This document shows positions 11,901-24,800 of a stretch of 64,000 nt of DNA, piece by piece (positions within the stretch are counted from its first letter, which is position 1; each line of letters starts with the position of its first letter). Made by a program: the position numbers and the translations under genes. The stretch is taken from the NCBI RefSeq assembly GCF_048593235.1, contig NC_133622.1, positions 247,322,055-247,386,054 of the forward strand, written 5' to 3'. The stretch comes from Sminthopsis crassicaudata. Its lineage: Eukaryota. The notes beneath the pieces are model-generated. The model worked only from the letters and a program-made list of their open reading frames with translations, ran no database searches and was not told where the DNA came from.

Positions 11901-13371
11901 ATGTGTTGCTGGGAGGAGACACTTGGGGCAGGGAGGCCATGAGAACTGTCCAGTTAAAAGATGGTGAGGGACAGTTGAGGGCGATGGTGTGAGTAGGAAG
12001 GAGACCAGCAAGCGTTTGTAGCTAGGAAAAGGACAGGAGTTGGAAGCCTCGGACTAGAAGGTTCCCTTTTCCTGGCTGAGATCCCAGGAATAATGAGCCT
12101 TCTACCCCTGGCATCTGCTGGAGTGTTTAGGGGCCCTGGATTCCTTCCTCCCCGTCACTGGGCAAGAACGTTTCCATCATGGCCAAGTCTAATAGGCTGC
12201 CCAAACTTGGAATTCTGTTCTTGCGAGTCAGTTCTAATTAATTTACTTGAGTAAACAGACCCATGTGGCCCTCCCCACCTTAAGCTCATGTTAAGGTTTG
12301 GCTCCAAGGAGCCAGGATACATGAAGGAAGGTTGTGATGTAGCTGAGAATTAAACCCCCACAGGAACACTAGCTAAGTCGTGGGGGAAGCAATATGGCTT
12401 CCCCAAGAGATGGGGCAAAGGGCCCGTCCCCTTCCTGGACTGCCATCTTTGGCTCCTGGCCCCTAGACGCTGATCCTAGAATTCCAAGAGATCTCTAAAT
12501 TCTGCTGCTGACCCTGGCAGCCGCGTCACGGGGCACTGACTTCTCCTTTCCCCTCCTTCTCCCTCGGCCCAGGTTTATTTCTTCTGTAGCGCCTCCGTCT
12601 GCCATCCCTCTGAGACGGAGACGTGCAGGACCGAGTGTCGTCCAGAGGCCACGAGTGAGTTTTTTAGACTTGGGGTTCTGGGGGGCGAGAGGATCATCCA
12701 GCTGGTAGATCTGTCTCCCTGCCGGGATGATAATGTAACATCTCCGAGGTGGATGGCCAGCGATTTAAAGGAGAGACTTCTCTCTTGACAGAGCGGCGCC
12801 GTTTTGTAGATGAGCACGATGACGTGGAAGGCGCCCAGGACATTGTAGGGTCTCCAGGACCGGTGGCATTTGGGGGTCCGAGAGAACGGAAGATCACTTT
12901 GCAGAATGAAGGTGTGTTGGAGGGGGGAGTGTATGTGGGGGAGAGGGGAGAGACGTAGATCCCCTTGAGTGGAGAATTCCCCCAGAATGGCCTTGGCCAG
13001 GTTCCCTGAAGGAGAAGGACTTCGTTTCCCCATCCCCTGATTTGATGACAAATGTGGCCTAAATGGATTATTGATCCCTTTGGCTATAATCTTAGGACTA
13101 TGCTGAGTCTTTATATTCATGGGAGGGGCTTGTAAACCCTATAGCTTCATCCTCCATGGAGGCTTTCCCAGTGGGAAGATCCATCATCTCCCCACCCAAC
13201 GTCTCGGAACCCCGACTTCCAGAAGGATCCTCCTGGAACACGACCGTGAGACTTTTGCTGTGGGTGACCCTCTGCCTAGTGGTGATCACCATTTTCCTGA
13301 TGGTGGCAGCCCTCCTTGGAAGGGGCCAGAAGCTTCAAGAACAGAACAGGGGGTGTGAACAAGGTCAATAA
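5901..13371 (+). CDS. ZP1: Zona pellucida sperm-binding protein 1; 12 exons, 667 aa
   Basis: Exons 5901-6108, 6354-6475, 7030-7354, 7521-7691, 8435-8622, 8702-8799, 11001-11128, 11215-11404, 11490-11634, 12573-12654, 12792-12911, 13145-13371. All are GT-AG and phase-consistent, 2004 nt in total. Signal peptide, ZP-N1 ([18 protein letters not shown]), Pro-rich linker, six-Cys trefoil ([10 protein letters not shown]...GCCFD...PCYYG), ZP module ([31 protein letters not shown]), basic cleavage site, C-terminal TM helix. Syntenic next to PRPF19. Confidence 0.97.
7935..8105. mobile_element. hAT (MER5/Charlie-like) MITE in ZP1 intron 4
   Basis: gtaactgaatatgggggtc-cgaaat... gggtcatgtaaaaatttctcgggcaaaaag resembles a common marsupial hAT MITE; from recall. 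Confidence 0.5.
8169..8320 (+). mobile_element. Young marsupial CORE-SINE (WSINE1-like)
   Basis: Near-identical to the copies at 1211 and 16060; A-rich tail. Confidence 0.85.
9700..9873 (-). mobile_element. Young marsupial CORE-SINE in ZP1 intron 6
   Basis: Reverse complement of the same SINE (ending ...ttagctgcccc), preceded by a T-rich tail. Confidence 0.85.
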
Positions 13372-13372
13372 A
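13367..13372 (+). terminator. ZP1 polyadenylation signal overlapping the stop codon
   Basis: CAA TAA A: AATAAA at 13367-13372 contains the TAA stop at 13369-13371. Confidence 0.75.
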
Positions 13373-15204
13373 TCAGAATTTTGATGTTTTGCACCAACAG
13401 TGTCTGTTCTAGTTTGGGGGAGGTTCCTTACGCCTACAATCGGGCACTTTTGCTGACAGAGACCCTGCAAGTTGATCTAGTTTCTGATCTGACTATGATT
13501 CATCTGATTCCCTCAGATGTCCAGGCCCATGGCGCTTATGGGATTTGTTCACCGCCCCCCCTTACAATCTAGGGCTCTTCATTGTGTAATATGCCGCCCG
13601 CTACCCTTTTCCTCTATTTTGTCTTGACTAAAATAGTTCTTTTCTTGAATGTCAACTTGGGTCTTTCAAAAAAGAAATTGCCCTAAATCCATCTTCTCTA
13701 ACACCCCCAACCTAAGCACTAGAGCTGCTCTGGCCAAGGGTTTGCTGAACCACGGCTGGCCTAGGGACCATTGGGGCACAGAGCTTTGGGGATGAAAGAT
13801 TTGCGCAGTGTCCCCCATAATTCAAAGTAGAATGGAACAGGGGCTGCTACTGGAGACCCAGCCCCAACCCGAGAGGGCCTGCAGGCAATAGCCGTTCCTT
13901 CTAACGGGCTCTTCCCCAAACCAGAACTGACCAGGAGCCATACTCGGGATGCTAAAGATTAGCTCCCGGACATAGAGATGAAGTTACCCCCTCTTGGCTA
14001 GTGGAAACGTGTATCCCCTTGTCCTTTTAGTGTCTCTTGGGGAGGAAGAAGAAAAGGAAGAGCTTTGCTTGAGCAGAGCAGCCTGAAGAACATGAGCTTC
14101 TATTTTTGCCTTCATTATCCCAGTTCCCCTTCTAGAGAAGCTGCTTCCTTTCCATGGCTCCAGACGTGGTTGGCCCGTTAAGGGTCTCATTGGCCGATGG
14201 GGGCTAAAAGCTGTTCCTTAAACAGGGTGCAGGAAACTGGTGACCCAGAGGGCCTCTGTGACTCTGGGCAGGGGCAGGATGGACTAGCCTGGGGCTACGA
14301 GAGGGAAGGGAGCCAGTGCAGGACAAAGCCAAGGAAAGGGAGAGCCAGATCCAAAAGGCAGGAGGGGCCTGGGGCCAGATGTTCGGAGGAGCTGCTGGGA
14401 AATCTGGACAAAAGGGGGCCTGACTGAGCTCCGGTGGCTCTGTGAGAACCAGGGGAGGCTGAGCGGGAGGCCCAGGAGTGACCCCCCCCCCCAAGAGGAT
14501 CGGAGCTGGGGAGCAGTTCCACTGGGGATCAGGGTGGAAGCAATGAGCCACGCCCGGCCGTGTGGGAACCTCAGCAATGGTTTTCTCCAAAGCACAGGAG
14601 CTGAGAAGCTCCTTAAAAACCTTCCAGTGCTAACCCTTCCCCTGGAGGGGAAACTGAGGCTCAAAGAGCCCTGGCCATAATCACCCAGGAAACAGGGAAG
14701 AACAGAGGCAGATCCAGATAGTTCTTCCCATGGAGCACAGGAACATAAGTCCTGAAACCCTGTACCAACTGGTGGAAAATGTGGCGGAGGAAAGCCCACC
14801 CAACGAGCCTTCCTAGAAACGGAGTCAGGAACCTCGGTTTACTCGCACCTTCTCTGGCTAGGAGAAGCGGCGTCTGCGGGTGGCCGAGATCGAGACGGCT
14901 GCGTGTCCTCTCGTTAGCTAGACTTTGTGCGTTCCAGAGCTGTTGGGGGCCACGGGGAAACGGAGCCCCGCTCGGCGGAGCCCTTGTCTGATCACGGCTC
15001 CGAATTCAGCCGGCGGCTCCTCTCTGGGCTCAGTGCAGGGAGCAGCAGGCCCACGGGAGAGTGGGTCCGACGGTGGCCAGGCTGGGGGGGCATCGTGTAA
15101 CTGTGTCCCGGTGCATAAAACGAAGCTTGCGGGGGAGCGAGGCTGACAGTCATCCGGCGAGTGTAGACAGCCAACTTGAGGAGGCTCAATCGATGGGTAA
15201 AAAA

Positions 15205-15404
15205 GCTTTAGATTCTTGGGTCTAAATAATAGCTGACTTAATATATAATAAATTGGGCTGTGTAGATGTCAGGTCACTGGATCACTGATAACAGCCAGTG
15301 TATTTAAAAAAAAAAAAACAAAAAAAAAAAACCCCAAAAACTTGTTAGTCATGTCTCTAACAACTGACTTAATATAACAAACTGGGTTGTGTAGACAGAC
15401 AGTT

Positions 15405-15440
<36 letters not shown>

Positions 15441-15622
15441 ATTCATGGGTCTAAGTAATAGCTGACTTAATATATAATAAATTGGGCTGTGTAGATGTCA
15501 GGTCACTGGATCACTGATAACAGCCAGTGTATTAAAAACAGAACAAAAAAAACCCCAAAACTTATTAGTCATGTATCTAACAACTGACTTAATATAACAA
15601 GCTGGGTTGTGTAGACAGAGTT

Positions 15623-15661
<39 letters not shown>

Positions 15662-15829
15662 GGTCTAAGTAATAGCTGACTTAATTGAACAAGCTGGCCT
15701 GTATAGACACCAGATAATTGGATCGCTGATAGAGCCCAGTGTATTAATAATAATTTTTTTAAAAGCTTGTTAGTCATGTATCTAACAACTGACTTAAAAT
15801 AACAAGCTGGGTTGTGTAGACAGACAGTA

Positions 15830-15865
<36 letters not shown>

Positions 15866-16345
15866 GGTCTAAGTAATTGCTGACTTAATTGAACAAACTG
15901 GCTTGTGTAGACACCAGATAACTGGATCACTGATAACAGCCAGTGTATTTAAAAAAAATGAAAAAAAAAAAAAGCTTGTTAGTCATGTATCTTAAGTAAC
16001 ACCTGGCTTAATATAACAAGCTGGGTTGTGTAGACAGTTTTTTAATACTTTTAAGTTAGGAGCAGCTAGGGGGCGCAGTGGAGAGAGCACCAGCCCTGGA
16101 GTCAGGAGGACCTGAGTTCAAATGTGGTCTCAGACACTTAACTCTTCCTAGCCGTGTGTCCCTGGGCAAGTCACTTAACCCCAGCCTCAGAAAAAGGAAA
16201 AAAAAAATTTTTTTTAATAATAAATAAATAAAAATTTAAAAAATACTTTTTAAGTTAGATTCATGGCTTCAAAAGCCGACTTAATTGAGCAAGCTGGGCT
16301 GTGTAGACAGCAGGTAAGTGGATGGCTGGTAACAGCCCCGGGGGT
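15205..16345. repeat. Higher-order dimeric tandem array: alternating ~95-nt A units and ~65-nt B units separated by poly(A) tracts
   Basis: Nine units (A1 B1 A2 B2 A3 B3 A4 B4, SINE, A5) share the core ctgacttaa...a(a/g)ctggg(c/t)tgtgtaga; dimer period is roughly 210-230 nt. Confidence 0.9.
16060..16240 (+). mobile_element. Young CORE-SINE with target-site duplication, inserted into the array
   Basis: SINE flanked by aatacttttaagttag (16044-16059) and aatactttttaagttag (16242-16258). Confidence 0.9.
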
Positions 16346-17046
16346 CCCAGAACTCAGGGTGCTGCCAGCTTTTTCCCCCCTCCCTTAAAGACACGGACAA
16401 GGAACAGCGCTATTGAATTCCCCAGCCACGGTCCCAGGGTTGGGGGCTGCACCCCATCCCCAGGGCCTCCCACCTAGCTGCCCCGTCAGTCAGCAAGCGC
16501 CTGTTCCTCCCCCCTCCCCTCCTCCTCCCGCCTCCATCCCCTCTCTCCTGACAGCTGGGGGGCGCTGATGGGGGGTCACTCGTGGAGAAAAAAGCCCCCC
16601 CTTTCCTGGGACTTTCTCTCTCCTAGTCCTGCGTGGGTTTTGACCCACTGGCCTGCAGCATGAATGGGGGCAGCCGTGCGGCCCAGGACCGGGTTCGCCA
16701 GCAGGAAAGGCGAGTTCGAATCCGGCCGCAGACACCGCCGGCCCTGTGACCTCGGGGGCCCTTAGTCGGCCTCTGTTTCCCCATCCATAAAATAGGGCTC
16801 ACGCAGCACCTCCCCCTCCGACGGGACTCTGGGTAAGGGGCTCCGGCCGCCTTCTCGCTGTCAAAGTAAGCAGTTTTGCAGCAAACGCTGCCGCCTCCAG
16901 AAAAGAACGGGGAGGCTGGAACCAGCCGCTTCTTGCTGCCCGTTTTTTGCGGTCTCTCCCGCGGGTCTCCTTTGCTCCGACTCTCTCCCAACATGATTCA
17001 CACAAGGTGTGCAACAAAAATAAACTCGCTGCAATAAAAAAGATAA

Positions 17047-18774
<1,728 letters not shown>

Positions 18775-21481
18775 TGACTGAGAGCAGCTTGCGGCCCCTC
18801 CCCCAGAGCACAGCGCGGGGGTGCGAGATCCCTCGAAAGCAGCACCCTAGGGCAGCCTCCCCCGCGCCCCCAGGTGCCGCGGGCCCGGAGCGGCCCCTCC
18901 CCTTCCGCCCGTTGCTCCCCTCCGTCTTGGGCCGAGGAGCTGGGAGGGCGGCCGCGGGGCGGGGCCAGGCCGCTCCTCGCCTTCTCCTCTGCCCCAGCCC
19001 CGGGCCCCCATTCCGCCACGTGACCGCAAACCCCTTTTCCCGGACGGAGCCGGGCTCCCGGCGGGGGTGGGGCCTCGGGGCGCACGGGCGTCCGTGGGGG
19101 GGGGTCCCGGGTGGGCCGCGAGGGGCCGGGACGGAGTCCCTGCTGTTCCCTCAGTACCTGGATGTACTTTGTATTTAGATGTGGCCCGAGCTCGCAGATC
19201 CGGCGCTCCAGCTCTATGTGCAGCTCCTCCTTCTACAGCTGGGGAAACCGAGGCCCGGGAGCGGCCCGATTCGGCCCAGGCTTCCAAAGAGGCAGCATCA
19301 GCGGGGATCCGGCCCCGCCTCCTGTCCATGCTCTTTCCAGATCATCCGTGAGCAGTTAGCGCAGTGCCCTCAGTCGGTGCTTAATAAATGCTCGTCCCTT
19401 CCCTCTGGCCTCCTACCATGTTGGAAACCAACCTCCCTCAGCCTGTTTCATGTGTAAAATCCATCAGGTTAAATGATCTCGTGCGCGCGGCCCTGAATCT
19501 CTCAGTAGACGCATAATTCTTTGTGGCCAATAGGAACGGGAGGATGGCGGGGCAGGGCAGGGGCGGCAGAGGGCAGCGCTGGCCTGGCTTTGGGGGGACG
19601 AGATGAAGGCCTCGGGCCACCCCCACCGGCTCCCCACAGCCGGCCTTCCCGCTGGGGATGTTTTTGGAGCCAGGCCCTCAGATCAGCCAGGCAGGGCCGC
19701 AGCTCCCCGCCCGAGCCTCCCCGGGTCCCCCCCAGCCTCTCCGGCTCCCCGCTGGACCCTCTGGACCCTGTATCTCGGGTCCAATTCGGGGGGCTGGGCT
19801 TTAGAAATGGGCCTGGTCTGGAGCCACTAGAAGGGGGGAGGGCCTGGGTCACACTGAGGTCCAAGGATCCCGAGGCTCAGGGAAGGCCTAGGTTTGGGGG
19901 CCGGAAAGAACCCCAGGGGTTCTCGGCTGCGACCTCCCCGGGCTCATGAGGAGGGAGAGCCGGGGCCTCCAATAAGCAAGTCGGGCGCCACCCCCAGGGT
20001 TGGGGCTGCTCCCAGCCCCAGAGATCAGAACTGGCTGAAAGGGTCCAGAGCTGCCCTGGGTAAGACCTCTGGCATTAGGAAGGGAGGCACTCGGCCTTGG
20101 GGAGGCCGGGGGGGGGAGGGGGGCCTCAGCACCTTGGGAGGCTCCTGGTGACCTCGGGAGCCTTGGGAGGTTGGGGCCACCTCAGGAGCCTGGTTTGGGA
20201 GCTGTCCAGTCCTCCAAACCAGGCTGAGATTCTGGCATGTAGACCTACTGCCCTCTCGTGGACATTTTGGGTATGATCCGAGCCCAGGACCACCACTGGG
20301 GTTGGCCATTAGACGGCCAGGCCCAAGGATGAAAGGAGGAGGGGGCGGAGGGGGTAGGAGCCCATCTCCATGGCCCTGGCTGATGGGCAGCCCCCGGGTC
20401 CGGGGCCGCCCTGTGCCCTTCACGCTGGCCAAGCCAGCACCCCGACCTGTGGTCTGTCCAAGTCCCGGCAGAGGCCAGGATGGCTGGGGTTTGCTCAGGG
20501 TCTGGGCCCTGAGCCCAGCTGGGGGGGAGGGGTGTGACCATCTGCCAGGCACTCAAGCGTCCTGCAGTCTGGCTGCGAGCCTGCCAAGTTCCCTAATTCA
20601 GCCTCAGTTCACCATCTTTAAGCGGGGCAGAGGTGCGCAGGGCCTCCTGAATCTCTAAAAAACACCACGTGAAGCCGGCCATTTGGGGGCTTGCCCCCAT
20701 ACTCCCCCCTGGGTTGCCGCCAGGCTCCCCGGCCTGTTCCTCACCCATCGCAGGCTTCTGGCAGCACCCGTGGCACCAGCAGCGCCCACGCCAGGGGGGC
20801 ACAGGGGGCCTTCACACGCAGATAAGTGTGATGGGGGACATCATGGGAAGGTTGGGATTGGAGAAAGCTTAAGGGGCACAAGCGTCTGGAGCCAGCCCGG
20901 CCCATGGGGCCCAGCTACCGAATCCCAGGGAAGGCTAGAGGGGCACCTGCACCCAGGGCAGCACAGGCCCTGGAGGGACCCGGGTTTGAATACCACCCCT
21001 GCCAGGTCACTCTGGGCTCCATTTACTGGGCAATTTCCCCAAAGCTTCCAAAAATCAGCTCGGGTCATCCCCAAGCCAGACCTGGGGTCTCGGGGGAAGG
21101 AAGCCGAGCACTGGGTTCAAGCACTGACATGGAGGAGAATCTTCTGGGGGGGAGGAGGCATTCTTCCCAAAGGAGTAAGTCACTGGTCAGCGCTCACTCC
21201 AGTTTCCAGAGCCCAGCTGGGACCTCCCAGTCAGAAAGGCCCCTGCAGCTCTCCCAGAGGCAGAAATGGAGGCCTGAGCCGGGGGTCTGGCATGGGTCAT
21301 TTGCTCCTTTCCAAAGACCATCTCTGGCAACCCTCAGACTGCCCCCGCTGCCTGCGGAGCAAACAGGGGCCCCCAGTCAGGGAGCAGCAGGTGTCCCTTT
21401 CCCCGATGGTGACAAACGCCCTCCCTGGGAGGCTCAGCCCCTTTCCACAGGCTTTTAGCTACAGAGATGAGAAAACATTCA

Positions 21482-21487
21482 TTTATT
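21482..21487 (-). terminator. Probable PRPF19 polyadenylation signal
   Basis: TTTATT on + (AATAAA on -), about 390 nt downstream of the PRPF19 stop. Confidence 0.6.
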
Positions 21488-21878
21488 TTTTTAATGAAAC
21501 TAGATCACTGCTTACAAAAACCTGCCCATGTTCCGTGCCCTCCCCCTGGGCTCGGCCTCCCCCGGAGCCAAAGCAAGCTGGAGGTGGGCAGGCTGAGGCC
21601 CGGCCCCTTCTGTGGTGCCCCCGGGGCAATGGCTCATCTTCCTCGGGGTGCTGGCTCTGGGCACAGGCCCCGGGCCCAGAGGCGGTGGCACAGGACAGGG
21701 TGACCTTCGCCTCTAGGACAGTTGCAACTGGCTGAGCCACCGTTCAGACCAGAGTGAAATGATGTGAGTCCCTCCCAAACTCCTCCCCCCTCCCCTCAGT
21801 CTCTCTCCCCTTCCCACCCCCCACCCCTAATGCTACCCGCTACAGAGACAAGGCCTAGGGTTCTGTAGGGGACAGGGC

Positions 21879-24800
21879 CTACAGGCTGTAGAACTTGAGG
21901 CTCCTGTCCATGCCAGTCGAAGCGATGAACTTGGCGTGGTGCCCGAAGGCCACCCCTGTGGTCAGGCCGCTGTGCTCTGAGGGAGAGAAGGCGCTGATTA
22001 AGGGCACAGCCCCAGGGGCCAGCATGGGCAGCTCCCTCCCCTCCCTCCAAGAAGCTGAGGCTCCAGCCGGGAGTCGAGCTGCAGGAGCAGCCCTTTCAGC
22101 CCTGGCCATGAAAAACCTGTGCCTAGTAATCCCAATAAGGAAGCTGGCCCTCAGCAGAGTGAGCTGCTCCTTGTGGGTGAGAGGCCAGAGGTGAGCCAAG
22201 GGCTCTCAAAAGGAGGTGGCCAATGCAGCCCCAAAAGTCCTGAGCAAGATGGCAGGAAGTGTGATGGACTGTGGAGAACGGGTGCACTCGGGCATCATCA
22301 AGCCCTCATTCGCGGCCTGCTGTGTGCTAAGCTGCTGCCAAGCCCCAGGAGACTGAGAGACAAAAACGGGCCCAGACCCGGGCTGGGAGAAGGGGCCATG
22401 TGCCCGTGCTGGGACCAAACCCTCCTCCGAGACCTGCACGGCCACCACAACTATGTCCTGTCCTATGAACCAGCGTGCTTTGGACGCTGAGCAGAAGCCG
22501 GCCCCGGGCTGCCCCAGAAGTCCCACGCCCCCTACCTGTGAAGTGGAGGATTTCTGTCCACTGCTTGCAGATGTAGATCTGAACGTCGGTGCCTCCGAGG
22601 GCCAAGTATGTGCCACTCTGGTCAAAGATCAGAGACTTCACCTGTCATGGAGAGAACCGGGTTTGGAGGCTGGAGATCGCAGGCTGGGGTGGCCCGAGAG
22701 TCCGGCTCAAGGCAGGGCCGAGGACGCCCGCCTGCCCACCCACCTCAAAGTTGTTGTCCAGCTGTAATGTCTTAAAGTTCTTGAGTTTGCGAAGATCCCA
22801 GAGCTTGACGGACGAGTCGTCGGCTGCAGTAGCCAAGTAGTAGCCGTTCTCGGAGAAGGCGATGCTGGTGATGGGCCCAGAGTGTCCCGGGAAGTTGGCC
22901 ACGTTGGTGCGTTCCTGCGGGGGAGCGAGAGACCAAGTCAACCCTGGAAATCCTTGGGTCCCACTGGTGTGTGTGTGGGGGGGAGGCGGAGGGGCCTTTT
23001 AGGCAGAAGGAAGAGGATGGGGCAGAGGATCCCTGCGGCCTTCCCTCCATCCCAGGAGCGGTCGTGGCTGCCAGGCACAAAGCTGGTGGGTCAGTGGCAC
23101 GCTCCGGACTTCCCGCCTACCTTCAAGTCCCAGATCTTGATTTGAGAGTCCATGGTCCCGGTCCCAAAAATGAGCCCATCAGGATGGAACTGAGCGCAGG
23201 TGAGGGCTGCAGAGGGAATGGAGAACGAGCCGAGTCAGCACCTGCCCGCCGGGGCCGAGGGAGGGACAGGGCCGGCCCTCGGGGGGTACTCACCGCAACC
23301 CGAAGTCTCGTCGGTGACCTTGGTGAGCACTCGTCCCGTCTGGATGTCAGAGAAGGCCCAGTACTAGGAACAAACAGACAAGAAGGATGAGGAGGGAGGG
23401 GAGGCTCTCGGAGCATGAGAGAACCCGGGGCCCGGGCTGGCTCTCAGGAGGGCTCACCTGGTCATCCGAAGAGCTCAGCAGGTAGTCGCCCGTGGCGTGC
23501 AGGCTGAGGCCAGTCACGGCACTCTCGTGGGCCCTGACCACCTGCACGCAAGAGGCGTTGGGGACCGACCAAATGCGGATGGTGGCATCCGGGGAGGCAG
23601 AAAACACCAGGTCCTGGGGGGGGGGGGACACAAGAGGGTCCGACTGTGAGAGCTGCCAGCAGCGCCGAGGGTGGCCTGGAGGTGGGCCCGTCCTCCCCAG
23701 AGCCAGTTCTGCTCCCTGGCCCAGCCCTGGGACAGGGGCCCCTGTGGACGCCCACCCGAAGCCTCTCCCTGACTGGTTGCCCTCGGCCCCCCGTCAGCAA
23801 TCTGAGTCCCACCATTTCCAGACCCACTTCCATGCCAGGGTCCTGCAGTCCCCCCTCCAACCCCGCCCCCCTCAGGTCTGGGTTCAGTAGACACAAGTAG
23901 GTCATCTGGTCAACAAGGCCACACTGCCACCCAGTGGTGGAGGCGGGCTATGGCAGGCTGCTTCCCAAGGCTGGGTACCCTCCAGGCCCAGGTCTCCCAT
24001 TCCCCCGCCCCCTTGGGGTTGAGAGGCCCCCAACGCCACAATAAAGGCCCAGGCAGTGACGCAGTCAGCAAGGACAAGGGTCCAGAGTCCCAGGAAGCCA
24101 GAAGAGGTGGAGCTGGGAGCCGGGGCATTGGGGGAGACAGGACCCTGAGCTGATTCCTTCCTGTAGCAGGGGAGGGGAGGGGGGACTGCCTGAGAGGACC
24201 AGAGACTTTCCTTGCTGTGAAGATGGAACTCTGCTTTCCCTGCCACTGGGGGGCCCATTAAGGAGGCTTTTCTCTTGAGCCTTTAAAGCTCACTCAGGGA
24301 CTGCGGCTGGCATACGGGGGCCGGGAGGATTCTTGTGGGACTTCAGAAATCGCCCCCCCCCCCAACTTGGGCCAAGTTTTCCCATCTGTCAGATGAGAGA
24401 CGGCCCTTCCAGGCCTAAGAGCTGGGATCCTCTGAGGAAGATCCACGGCAGGTCACTAAGGGAAAGAGTAACCCCACTGACCTCTGACCTTCACATCAAC
24501 CCAACCCAGAGAACTGTCCGGGTCACTTCTGAGGGACCCAGGCCGACAGAGCTGCGACGGCCTCACCTGGGACGGGTGGAACACCACGCTGGTGACCTTC
24601 TTGGTGTGGCCTTTGAGGGTGGCCAGGATCTGCTCGGAGCTCTTGTCAAAGACGACCACGTTTTTATCCGCCCCTCCTGAGGGTGACGCAGAGCGAGCTG
24701 TGAGGAGGAGCACTGGGACTCTCCCCTCCCCGAGTCCGGTCCCCCCAGACCACCTTCAGCCTGCCGCTTACCGGTGAGGATCTTGTTGGTGTCTGACGGG

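Noticed and set aside
15205-16345. CRISPR-like repeat-spacer array
   Set aside because: The DNA is from a vertebrate, the intervening segments are homologous to each other or are poly(A) rather than unique spacers, and there are no cas genes.
19158-19232. Exon-like 75-nt minus-strand segment (ag|KEELHIELERRICELGPHLNTKYIQ|gt)
   Set aside because: The acceptor side overlaps a GC-shifted MIR core (ttctacagctggggaaaccgaggccc), I found no partner exons, and I do not recognise the peptide. A BLASTx or RNA-seq hit would reopen it.
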